DNA from: Felis catus
Taxonomy: Eukaryota
Assembly (NCBI RefSeq): GCF_018350175.1
Contig: NC_058368.1
Coordinates: 152,460,001-152,524,000, forward strand
Reading direction: 5' to 3'
DNA length: 64,000 nucleotides
Part shown: one piece after another, positions 22,961 through 35,240 of the stretch
How the letters are laid out: the number at the start of each line of letters is the position of its first letter
Numbering within the stretch: the stretch's first letter is position 1
Program-made: the position numbers and the translations under genes
The notes under the pieces: model-generated
The model's database searches: none
What the model saw: the letters and a program-made list of their open reading frames with translations, nothing else
What the model was told of the DNA's origin: nothing

Positions 22961-25900
22961 CTGGTAATGGCTTACAATAACATCAATTACATTTTGTCTC
23001 AGATTAAAAATTGTTCATACTCCTCAAATTGATCTACAACAAAATGCATATACTGTTTCCCACGAAGCCCTATGACTCCAGAACAGTCTTTGACAAATTC
23101 TTTAGCCTGCCTGGCTCGCTTTTTTCTAATAATACAAATGAAGTATACATGTAGTATACTTGTATAGAAAGTAGTACTTTGATATAGAGCTTCTATATCT
23201 CAGTTCTTAAATTAAGGCGTTTCACAGAGCTTTTAATAATGCAGTCCCATGCTCAAAGTTAAAAATCATTCGTCCTTTGCCTTTCAACAAATTCCAGTTG
23301 TCTCTTCTGTGTACATGTAAATTCTACTAATGTTAATGGAGGCGATGCACGTGCATACGCCGTGGAATCTATCTCTAAATCACACTTTAATCTTTAGCTA
23401 CATAACTCTGGCTCTTGTTCAAATGATACATGTGCCTCAAATACACTCTGTATGTCTGTTATTTCTTGTCTGAATATTAAAATTTAGTCATGTATTTTTA
23501 GTAGCTATTGTAACATTTTGGCCAACAAATTTTCTTATTATTGTTGTACATGTGTTGAGTTTTAACTGGGTGCTAGATGAAACCATAAACATTTCCTGAT
23601 TTATTATAATGCAATTAGAATGTAAATTCAACTCCCGACCAGGTTATATTTGTTTTTGAAAATGAAAATTTTCTGTTGTTTTCCACCTGGTTAAACATAT
23701 GCAGTAAAGAGAAAACATAATGCAAACAAAATAAATGTAAGTAACCCGGTTGCGTGTTTCTGTATCAAATCATGGTTATCTTTACAGAGTAAAAAAAAAA
23801 AAATCTTAACACATGCATTTTTAAAAACCCAGTTAAATGACATCATGTTTGGTTTACTTACACTAAAAATATTTTATTAACCATATTAACTTTTGAAAGT
23901 GGCCAGCTAAATAATTTTGCATCATTTTTATATAAATCCTAATTAATGTTCTATAAATTGATGTTCATGTAAATCTAGCAATTAGCCCTTTCTCAGGAGG
24001 ATCCTATCCATCTTCATCTTCACATTGTTTGTCTTTCCACTTCCCCAAAATGTTTCCTCAAAAGGTGAAAAAAGAAAGATAATCCTGAAACATGTAAAAT
24101 ATAGCAAAGCCAAAACTCATACGCTTTGAGATGAGGAACAATGATCATTTTTCTCCTTAGCTGTTCTCTTATTCTGGAGTCACATCCCTCCAGTTGAGAG
24201 CAACTTACCAATTAAATATAATTCCATCTATTTGCATCTTAAGCTGTGGATATTCAGTCAATGAGAAGTTCAAATGTCAAGAACATATTAGGCCTGTTTT
24301 TCACCTTCCCTTCAGTCCCCTTTCTTCCCCTTTCCTTCCTGAGAAAAGTAAAGGCAGACTGAAGTCTTCATATCCTCAGGCTGTCACTTAAGGGAGCTCC
24401 CTCGTAGTGCAGCAGGATTTGTCAATTCTTTTGGATACAGTCCAGAAAGTCCTTGGCCTCAGCCAGAGTCTCTAGGCATAAAATCCACTTTCTGCAAAAA
24501 CTTCAGACCATATGGGACTCAAACACAATATCAGACCCTTCACCTAGCCCCATTCTTCAGCCTTCTAATATCTGACACAGTGGCCTAGATGGACTGTGGC
24601 TTCATCCCAATTTCAGGATTCCCTAAAAAGCTCACAATTTCCTAGGCTATGTCTTGAGAAGCCACGACTAATGTTCCCTTCACCAGGAATCTGGGTGTTT
24701 CTATCACCCTTAAATTCTGCCCCAAACACCCCTCCCTAAATTCAAACCCCAAGGTAGGGAACCAAAATGTTCATTTCTGATCTACCAGTTTCCTTTCTCT
24801 CTCCCCTTCCCAGTAAAGAATTTTCTACTTTCCCTTCCTATCACACCAGGACTGCTGCTAAAATGTATATTTCTTCTTCCCTATTCCATGGCATTTGCCC
24901 TTCTCCTCCCTTAATCCTTGCTAAAATACTTATTCCTTGCTAAAATCATCCCGACTTTACTCAAGTATGAGTCAGGGGTGTGTTTTAGGAAAGCCTGTGT
25001 CTCTCTTCATCTTCAGAGTACTATTTGGATTAAGGCAACGCTGATGATTCCACTTCTCTGGCTACTTAGTTTAGAGATGACATTATGCAATTATGGTCAT
25101 TGAGATGTAAGGAGAATGTGCTGGGGACTTCTGGCAAAAGGTTCCTTTCTTAAAGAGGGACATGAATACAGATGTCCTCTTCTGCAGCCTTTGGGTAATG
25201 TTTATGAGGACATGAGGCCTGGAACTGGTGCAGTCAGTTATCTTGCACCTAAAAGGAGAGGGGCCAACATGCTACAAATTGCAGCCCAGAATGAGGATAG
25301 GAAACCCAGGTCCTTAATAATGTCACTGAGCCATTGAACAAGATACCCCACTTATTAACCAACCATCTCGAGATTTCTTTTTGTGTATGAGAATATTTCC
25401 TCGTGGTCAAACACTTCCGGTTGGCTTTTCTATTACTAACTGATTATATCTTCCCTGAAAACAGAGGCCAGATGAAGGAAACTATATGAAATATAATTAA
25501 AAAGTATCCCCATAACAAATATATAGTATCCCTTATCAAGTGCTGTGAGAACTATGTAGTATCGCTTCAAATTCTCTCTGAAGGGGCTCAACTACAAGAG
25601 TTATTGGTGAAGTCAGGTTCCTACCCAGGAGCAATGAGTCCCAGTTAGCTACGTGGATAGTACTGAGGCTCAACTAAACCTAGCCTGCATTAATAAAGAG
25701 TGCCCAAAGTGCCATTAGTCCCCATCTGATGGCATCTTTGATAGAACCCCAGATGTCCACAGTGCTTGAAAGAAAACTTCAGAGAGTTCTCACTCAGATC
25801 AAAAAAGGCAAGAGATAACTGATTTTTTTCACACTGCCCTCCATTTTTTTGTTTGTGCTTTTGTCAGTTATAAATATACATAGTTTAAGAAGTTGATGAC

Positions 25901-26043
25901 CTCTACAAAGTTTTCACTTAAAAAACACAAAAAGGCAGTGTCTCTTCCCTACCATCATATCCTGCTTCTCAGAGGCAACCACTCTCAGCTCTTTAAATTG
26001 AATCTTTTGGTGTTCAATTAAAAATCTTTCAATAATATGATAA

Positions 26044-26497
26044 TGTATTTGTTTGCCAGGATTGCTGTAACACAGTGTCATAGCCTGGGTGGCTTAAGTA
26101 ACAGGAATTTATTTTCTTACAGTTCTAGAGGCTAGAAGATCCAAAATCAAAGTGTCAGCAGGTTCCGTTTCTCTTAAGGCATTTCCCCTTGGCTTGCAGA
26201 CATCCACCTTCTCTGTGTGCCATCTGTGAGAAGGACATGCTGAGTCCACACATGGTCTTTTCTCTGTGTCCATGCATCCCTTGTGTTTCTCTCTGTATGT
26301 CTTAATCTCTTCTTCTTACAAAGACACCAGTTAGATTAGATTGGGGTGCATCCTAAGTGTCTCATTTTAACTTAATTACCTGTTTAAAAGCATGTGTGGC
26401 AAACTCCCCCCACATACAGGCTTCCCTATAGTTGTAAGGTAATGGGGGTTAGGGCTTCAACATATGAGTTTGTGGAGACCCCGTTTAGTCCATAACA
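26044..26497 (-). mobile_element. MaLR solo LTR (MLT1A/B/C-like)
   Basis: TG...CA boundaries with a perfect 5-bp TSD GATAA (26039-26043, 26498-26502); CTGGGTGGCTTAA, TTCTAGAGGCTAGAAG and GTTAGGGCTTCAACATATGA motifs. Confidence 0.88.
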
Positions 26498-26554
26498 GAT
26501 AACATAAATTGAAAATATTTATATAGTAGTTACTATATAGCAGTATGGTGATGT

Positions 26555-26745
26555 TCTAAACTCATGTTTGTATTATCCTCACAATAACCCTGTGTAATAT
26601 GTATTATTACTATGATCTCCATTTTATGTAGAAGTACTGATATACAGAGAAGTAATTCGCCCAAGGTCATACTGCTGGAAAGTAGCAGAGTCACAATTCA
26701 AACCTAGGTAGTCTGGACCTGGTTTATGCTCTTATTACTAAAGTA
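26555..26745 (-). mobile_element. MIR
   Basis: ATCCTCACAATAACCCTGTG...CCATTTTA...GCCCAAGGTCATA...ATTCAAACCTAGGTAGTCTG. Confidence 0.75.
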
Positions 26746-26899
26746 CACTCCATTCTTACATTGCTAGTTCTATCTATAGAAGAGGAACATTATTTCTCTT
26801 TCTAACTCCAGCAAATACACATGCAGGAGCATATACACACATGTGTACAAAACACATTTTCCTTCATCCTCGCAATATGATTTCATAAATTTTGGTTAG

Positions 26900-28050
26900 A
26901 TCAGTGTTCAAATTTACCTTTTATGATGTGTTTTTTGTAGTCAAACAATAAAGAACATTATTACTACTTTTTTTTCTTGCATAGATTTTCATTTCCCTGG
27001 AGTTAATAATGGAATTATTTTTACTTTTGCTTAGTTTTCTACGTAGTTATCACAAATTGAACCCCAAATTCCCTGAGAATTATTAAATCTCTTCTCAATG
27101 TTTTATTCACATCAGGTATTCTAGTAATTTGATCTTCCTGAATAATTTCCGCCACCCCTTTCTGACCTGGTCTAATCTGGCTATCACTCCCTAAGCCTAG
27201 AGCTAGCATCTTGGTATTGCTCTTAATCCACATCATAGAGATTTTGCCTTGCTTCTGTGTTGATGGTTCTTTCATGAACATCATATCTTTAAGTTTTTTG
27301 TTACACTCCGTCCTTTTAGGGAAGTATATCTTCCAGGAGCTTCCAGAAAATACAAGCAGAGAGGTAAATTTTTTGAGAACTTGTAGGTCTGCAAATGTCT
27401 TTATTCTATCTCACACTTTATTAATAGTTTAGCTAGGTATAAAGTATTAGCTTAGAAGTCCTTTTTCTTCACCATTTTAAACCTATAGACCTATAGTCTT
27501 CAAGTTTCCAGTGTTGTTAAGAAGTCATTCTGATTTGCAATATTTTTTATGTGACCTATATATTCTCCCTGGAAGCTTCCAGAATCTTCTTTATGCCCCT
27601 CAGGATTCTGAAAGTTTGCTGTGAGATGCCCTATATTCATAATTGGGCCACGTACTCAACCTGGAAACTAATTCTTAAGTTCTGAGAAGTGTTATTGAAT
27701 TATTTTACTGATAATTGTTTTCCCTTTATCCTCCCCATGACACCACTTCTCTGTTCTCTTTGAAACTTCTTTTATTCAGATGCCAGATGAGACTGACCTT
27801 CAAAACGTCTTTTCTTTCCTCTTCGTGTTTTTCTTCTACTTTCTGAGATTTTCTCAACTTTATCTTTCAACTTACATATCAAGTTTTTTCAAGTCTGCCA
27901 TCATATGTTTTCTTTAATTTCCATGAGCTCTTTTATGTTCATTCAATGTTTCTTCTATGGTATCTTTTTTTTATCTCAAGGATTTAATATCTTATATACC
28001 TGAAGTTATTAATCTTTTTCTTCCCACTTTTTTCTATTGATTCATTTTGG
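26900..28050 (-). mobile_element. Degraded old L1 relic (antisense)
   Basis: T-rich; TTTTTGAGAACTTG...AATGTCTTTATTCTA...TTAATAGTTTAGCTAGGTATAAA, typical of antisense L1M ORF1. Confidence 0.55.
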
Positions 28051-28057
28051 ATCCTGT

Positions 28058-28445
28058 TGTAAGTAGGGTTTCCTGAGACTGAGATTTAGGGGCAGATTGT
28101 TAATTGGGGAGTGCCTTCAAGAGAAATAACCTTAAGAGACTAAGAAACTGAACTGTGAGGCGCTTCCAACAGGAAATCCCACGGGGAGCTCTGGAGCTAG
28201 GATGATGCTTTAGAGGCGTTCCTAATTGAGGCAAAGGAAACACACCTTTCTGCCCACGACTCAAACCCTAAATCTCAGCCAGACTGCATATGGGCTACTC
28301 TGGGGAAAGGATGTAACCCTGAGGTAAAGTGACACTACGTAGCCGCTCTGCTGTGAGCCTTTAAGTCAACATTAACAGCAGCTGAAGGAAAGAATGCCTC
28401 AGTCCTTGAAGGGCAGAGCTAAGCAGTGCAACACAGCATCCACTA
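28058..28445 (-). mobile_element. Old MaLR/ERVL LTR relic
   Basis: CTGAGATTTAGG...GGGAGTGCC...GGGAGCTCTGGAGCTAGGATG motifs resembling old MLT1/LTR16 elements. Confidence 0.5.
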
Positions 28446-28554
28446 GTCTTTATCTCTCAAGTTAAAAGCTCTCCTTTAGAACTTAGTGATCTTGGTTCTT
28501 TTCATATACAAAAGTAGAGATACTAAAAAGTTGTTTAAAACATCTAAGTTCATG

Positions 28555-29984
28555 GCACAAAAACAGACACATAGACCAATGGAATAGAATAGAAACCCCA
28601 GAACTAGATCCACAAACGTATGGCCAACTCATCTTTGACAAAGCAGGAAAGAACATCCAACGGAAAAAAGACAGTCTCTTTAACAAATGGTGCTGGGAGA
28701 ACTGGAAAGCAACATGCAGAAGGATGAAACTAGACCACTTTCTCACACCATTCACAAAAATAAACTCAAAATGGATAAAGGACCTGAATGTGAGACAGGA
28801 AACCATCAAAACCCTAGAGGAGAAAGCAGGAAAAGACCTCTCTGACCTCAGCTGCAGCAATTTCTTACTTGACACATCTCCAAAGGCAAGGGAATTAAAA
28901 GCAAAAATGAACTATTGGGACCTCATGAAGATAAAAAGCTTCTGCACAGCAAAGGAAACAACCAACAAAACTAAAAGGCAGCCAATGGAATGGGAAAAGA
29001 TATTTGCAAATGACATATCGGACAAAGGGCTAGTATCCAAAATCTATAAAGAGCTCACCAAACTCCACACCCGAAAAACAAATAACCCAGTGAAGAAATG
29101 GGCAGAAAACATGAATAGACACTTCTCTAAAGAACACATCCAGATGGCCAACAGGCACATGAAAAGATGTTCAACGTCGCTCCTCATCAGGGAAATACAA
29201 ATCAAAACCACACTCAGATACCACCTCATGCCGGTCAGAGTGACCAAAATGAACAAATCAGGAGACTATAGATGCTGGCGAGGATGTGGACAAATGGGAA
29301 CCCTCTTGCACTGTTGGTGGGAATGCAAACTGGTGCAGCCACTCTGGAAAACAGTGTGGAGGTTCCTCAAAAAATTAAAAATAGACTTACCCTATGACCC
29401 AGCAATAGCACTGCTAGGTATTTACCCAAGGGATACAGGAGTACTGATGCATAGGGGCACTTGGACCCCAATGTTTATAGCAGCACTCTCAACAGTAGCC
29501 AAATTATGGAAAGAGCCTAAATGTCCATCAACTGATGAATGGATAAAGAAATTGTGGTTTATATACACAATGGAGTACTACATGGCAATGAGAAAGAATG
29601 AAATATGGCCCTTTGTAGCAACGTGTATGGAACTGGAGAGTGTGATGCTAAGTGAAATAAGCCATACAGAGAAAGACAGATACCATATGTGTTCACTCTT
29701 ATGTGGATCCTGAGAAACTTAACAGGAACCCATGAGGGAGGGGAAGGAAAAAAAAAAAAAAGAGGTTCGAGTGGAAGAGAGCCAAAGCATAAGAGACTCT
29801 TAAAAACTGAGAACAAACTGAGGGTTGATGGGGGATGGGAGGGAGGGGAGGGTGGGTGATGGTTATTGAGGAGGGCACATTTTGGGATGGGCACTGGGTG
29901 TTGTATGGAAACCAATTTGACAATAAACTTCATATATTGAAAATAAATAAATAAATAAATAAACAAACAAACAAACAAACAAAC
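28555..29984 (+). mobile_element. Young 5'-truncated felid LINE-1 (ORF2 C-terminus, 3'UTR, A-rich tail)
   Basis: Frame open 28553-29713 ([14 protein letters not shown]...[18 protein letters not shown]..., CCHC motif). G-rich 3'UTR, (TAAA)n/(CAAA)n tail, TSD AAAAC(A/C)TCTAAGTTCATG at 28537-28554 and 29985-30002, TT|AAAA endonuclease site. Confidence 0.97.
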
Positions 29985-31494
29985 AAAACCTCTAAGTTCA
30001 TGCTACCATTTGTCAACTGTGAGCCTTACAGTAGGGTGTTCTGGCTGGTAACTTCACTGAGTTCCCCAGATGACTTTTCTCTTGACTGGTTAGATTTCAT
30101 AATGAAGCATCTTTTGTCTAGATTGGATTGTCAACAATCTGAGTACCAAGAGGAAAAAGAGAGGGGAAGGAGAGGGTCTCGGTATTCAGTATGCAAATGA
30201 TCAGTTAATGATTCGTTTTCATCAAGTTACTGCCCCTCTCATCCCCACCACTTCCTGGTACATCTCAATCCAGAAAGCTTCATGGAGTTTGTTTAGTTTC
30301 TGTTGTTTTTTGTTTTTTTTCCCCTTCTACTCCAAAGCTAAACCTGAAGAATGGAAAAGGGAATTTGCCTGGCTGTGCAATTGGGGACTTAACTACTTCT
30401 TAAATAGGCTGTCATCCAATCCTCCTATTTTTAGCCCCACCTTCAATCTCATTTCCAGAGGTAACTGGTAAAACCAATTCCTGAACCTTCTGGAGAATTT
30501 ACAATGTGAAAGCGTCTCAGTTTTTCCCATCGTCAGCAAAGAATTTGGCTTTCCAGGTCTGCTGAGTCAGTACCATTCATTCACCTGCTTTCCAGCTTTA
30601 AAAAACTTGCTGTTTCTTCCTCTTCCATTCTCTGTCCTTACAAGTGTATGCATTTAAAAATATATATCCCTTTACTGTCATTTTAGGAAGCAAAAGTGTA
30701 TGTGCCTACTTAGTCTCTGGCTTATATATTCTTTCTCACATGTATTTTAAAAATAGGTAAAATATTCTTATGATTCTGAAGAAAATGTGTGTCTCCTACC
30801 CATCTTTCAGCTATTCTGTTGCCTCTTTTGCCTCCAAACCCAAGCAGGAAATCACTCTTATTAATCCTTTGTACATCTTTCAAGAGCTTATGTAGGTACA
30901 AGGAAAAATACATATTCTTATTTTTCCCTTTTTACACAAAAGGTAACATAAGACTGTTTTGTACCTTGCAGTTTTCATTTAATGTTGCTTAAAGTTCTTT
31001 GCATAGTACAGCTCAGTATAGAGCTTTCTCATTCTTTTAACAGCTGTATAGTATTCTATTTAATCAATTCCTATCAAGAAACATTTGTTTCCAATTTTTG
31101 CTATAAAAAACTTATGAATAATCTTAAAAATAATTTTGTGTGTGTACAAGTATAGCCATAGACTAAATTCCAGAGAACATGTTGCTGAGCCAGGTGGTGT
31201 CTATCATTTATAGTGTTGATAGATGTTATCAATTGTCCTCCATGGTGGTTGTATCAATTTTCAATCCCAACCATGGAGAAATGTCTGCTTATTTCTCCCA
31301 AATCCCAGCATTTAACATAATTTATTACAAAAGTAACCAAACACATGAAATTGTATCTCAGTGCACTTTACCATGCACTTCTCTTAGTACAAGTAAACAT
31401 TTTCCTGTCTAGGATACATTTTCATTTCATTCTGCTTAAGTTGCATTCCATTCTTCGTAATGTAGAGTTAAAACTTTTCTTTGGAGAGAAAAAT

Positions 31495-31495
<1 letters not shown>

Positions 31496-31539
<44 letters not shown>
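31496..31539. repeat. (GT)n microsatellite
   Basis: About 22 GT units. Confidence 0.97.
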
Positions 31540-31541
<2 letters not shown>

Positions 31542-32681
31542 AGCAAAAATTCAAAGGCATCATTACAACATTGTTGAGCTAAGTGTATTATTCCAGTATT
31601 TACAAAAAATATCTCTTACTATATGTAAAATACCATATGCTGATATTTATTAAGGACAAAGGAAATTATCTGAAGTGTTATCTAGAGCAAGATATTTCTC
31701 TTACAGAAGAACATATCTGATTAGAAGGCACACTAACTCAAATTATGAGTTCACTAGTTTAGGTTGAGGAAATATGCTTGGGACAATGTTTATAATGTTC
31801 ATAACTGTAATATGTTAAAGTCAATTATGGTATTGCAGAAAGAATACTGAGCTTAGAATCAGTAGGCAGAGTACCTTACACTACTTAAGTAGTGTAATCA
31901 CTCTCAGCTTCAATTTCTGATCTGAAAAATAGGAATAGTAATATCTGCCCCACAAATTTGTAAACTCTGCTCACCAGTGAGAACCATTAAATTACTTCTA
32001 ATCAATAAAATAAAAAAGAAGATAGTTGAGTCAGATAAAAACAGCTAAAATAGAAATGGAATTAGTTGAACCATAAAAAATATTAAGCAGTATTAAGGGA
32101 CATTAGTATAAACAAATACAATAATAACTGAAGCTAAGAAAGCATGTATAATTTGAAAGCACAAAATAGAATGTCCTCACAACTAGAAGTGAAGCAAAAA
32201 TACAGATTTCCCAATTTTGTGATTATAAAACTTACCTGTTTTGTGATTATGAATATTATAGTATCAACAAAAATGTTTCATAAAACCTGTAAGCCTTGAG
32301 ATCTCAAACAAAAGCCAGAGTAGGGAATAAAATAAACTGAATTGAAAAAATTTAGAAACATGTTTTGTGAAAAAGATTTTGTTTTCTGTAGATTATCCTA
32401 GGTATTTTATATATAAATTATTTCTGATAAAGACTTTATATTTTCATTTTATAGTCATTCTAAAAAAGGTTAACAAATCAAAAGAGCCCCTCATATACCT
32501 ATTTTTATATTTTAATTTTATATACAATTTTAAAAAGGAATTATGAGAAATACCATTGTGTGGAATATAGTAGCATTTTTCAAATGTATGTATAGTTCTA
32601 AAAAAAATAAAAATTACTGTCATGTAACTGGCATATGAAATGCATGTTCTTTCTCAGATTTAATTTTTTAGTTGCAGCAAT

Positions 32682-32699
32682 AGGTCCCCCTGGTGGAGG
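32682..32699 (-). promoter_or_regulatory. Candidate CTCF binding site
   Basis: Minus strand CCTCCACCAGGGGGACCT matches the CTCF core CCACCAGGGGGCGC at the first 11 positions; isolated GC islet in AT-rich unique DNA. Confidence 0.55.
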
Positions 32700-32956
32700 T
32701 TGAAAATATATTTTGTCCCATTTTTCTGTCTTTCCAAATCACTATTCTAATTTTAAGAGATTAAGTACATCCTTCCTTGAAAAAAATGCATAGGGAAAAA
32801 TTTAAGAGAAGAATTGGCTGATTAAAGACGGAGATTAGAAGGCCCCTGGATTGAATGTCATCTGCTCTACGTGTAAATCTGTTCTTAATACATTCATAAT
32901 TATCAGAATCAAAACCCTTCCCCCAAAAAAGAACACCCTCAAAACAAAGATCTAAA

Positions 32957-33160
32957 TTTTTTTTTTAATGTTTATTTTTGAGAGAGAGAGACAGAGTGTG
33001 AGCAGCGGAGGAGCAGATAGAGGGAGACACAGAATCCGAAGCAGGCTCCAGGCTCTGCGCTGTCAGCACAGACCCCAACACGGGCTCGAACCCCTGGACT
33101 GCGAGATCATGACCTGAGCTGAAGTCGGCCGCTTAACCGACCGAGCCACCCAGGCGCCTC
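32957..33160 (-). mobile_element. CanSINE
   Basis: Ends CCGAGCCACCCAGGCGCCTC; TSD CAAAACAAAGAT(C/T)TA. Confidence 0.95.
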
Positions 33161-35040
33161 AAAACAAAGATTTAGTTAATAGATTAACATAATTGAATAT
33201 GCAACACAATAACACTTTTAAAAATTAGATTCATAAGTTACATGAATCTAGCTAATGATTCCTCTTAGTGGTCTGTATCTATTAATGTATACAAGGCAAA
33301 TGAGACCTTTTAGGCTTGAAAGCACAATCAGATGCAGGAATGAAACAGGTCTTGAAATGAAACCGGAATCACGTGTTCCTGTTCAATTCCATCAGTAGAT
33401 GGCCACCCACAATCACCTTAGAACAGTATGAAATTCAGATTTCATTCTGTGACCTTTTGAAAACTGAGGTCAATCAGAGTCAATACCAAGGCAAAAACAA
33501 ATTTAGAAGATACAGTCTTTCTTTAGCTGTTCCCCCACACCCTGAGGTCCTGGATATCCCCGAACATCCAAGGTCAGATTGTAAATCTATAAATCACTTG
33601 AACACACAAGTCAGTAACTACTCAGCAGTCCTTTGCCATCAGTGTCTTTCTGCCACTCCTCATTCCAACTCCTGCCAGTTTCTCCCACAGCACTCCCAAA
33701 TCTCTGGCTTCCTTGAGGCCTAGGAACCCCTGACCAACTACTGATATAGCGCATTCCTCAATGCTTAATTTCTCAGAATCTTAAGCCGTGTTTTAAGATA
33801 CAAGGCCAAACAATATGGCAATTCTACTTTCCTTTAATTTCATGTTTTTAGATTTTCCTTAGAAATTAGAATATGGAGTGGGTCATTACGCAAATAATGA
33901 GTATGTGAATTAATCAGCAGTTTAGAAACTTCTACATCAATACTGTAAGTCATATTCTAAGTCAAGCGCTCTTTCACCTTTTGGCCCTCACTCATCTTTA
34001 ACCTCAGTGTGGATTCCTAGAACAAGTTTCTTGAATCTGTTGTTAACTAGATTAACAACACTAAGGTATATAGCAAGAGACTAGCATTTTCCCTTCCTTA
34101 TGGTGCTGGGAGTTGGGGCAGGGGATGCTGAAGAATGAGGAGGGCTGCTATAGGTTCTGACCCTCCAATGAAAGCTGCTTCAGTTAACTCAACACTTCTC
34201 TATCCTGAGGAGGGGAGGGGGGGGGGGCAAGGGAAGAAGGAGAGAGCAAAAGTGGTAAAAAGCAGCAATTTGTAATGAAAATATTAGTCCAAGGTCTCTG
34301 CTTTTAGCCACAGTTAATTTCAGGGTTTAAATTAACCTCAAATAACTGCAGTTGACTTTGTCTCTTCTTCCTTCTATCTGGTTTGTGATCTACTGTTTCT
34401 AACTTAATAGTCTTACTGTATTTGTCTAGAGAAGTTTGTTATAGGTACTTCTTTAGAAAAAGACAAGATACAAATTTTAAATAGAAACAAAGCTCTTTTC
34501 AGAAAAGGTTTGCCTTTTCTCTTTTTCACATGAATTAACCCTTTAGATGTGAAGACCCCAATAGCTGATAAAAATCAAGATTAAGTTTTAAGATAATTTT
34601 TAAAAAAATCTTTTGACTGTAGTAACTTAGTAGAAAAACAAATTATGATTTTTAAGCTTATTTTGACCAAATGGAAATAGTTAACAGTATTATTTCCACC
34701 AGATGTTAACAGTATATGATTTATATAATTCTCTACTTTGAGATACCCGGGTTCTCTAAGAATACTTCCTTCAAACAGACTTCCACTTGGCTTGCTTATA
34801 TGCTTATGAATACTCCAAAGAATAAAGTAATGTGGGTTTAAAATTTAGTCCCAGCATATCCTAGCTACTTGGGTCTGGGTACACCCAAGAGTCCCCAAGA
34901 GGCCTTGCAGATTCCAGAATTACCAGTATAAGATTACAGAACTATAGTTCACTTGGACCCATAGACCAATAATTCTAACTATAGGACAAGGTTAATTATA
35001 ACAATTTATATTTTAATTTTGCAATTCAAAAAATATTTTT

Positions 35041-35240
35041 GGGGGGCCTGGGTGGTTCAGTCAATTGAGCATCCACCTTCAGCTCAGGTCATGACCTCAT
35101 GGTTCAGGAGTTTGAGCCCCACATCGGGCTCACTACTGCCAGTGCAGAGCCCGTTTTAGATCCTCTGTCCCCCTCTCTTGCACCCCCCCCCCCCGGCTCA
35201 TGCTATCTCTCTCAAAAAAGAACACTGAAATTTTTTTTCA
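35041..35240 (+). mobile_element. CanSINE
   Basis: GGGGGGCCTGGGTGGTTCAGTC head and GCTCAGGTCATGA core. Confidence 0.9.

Noticed and set aside
28724..29713. 329-aa ORF as a host gene or domesticated protein
   Set aside because: It is the C-terminus of L1 ORF2 inside a TSD-flanked, 5'-truncated L1 with no promoter.
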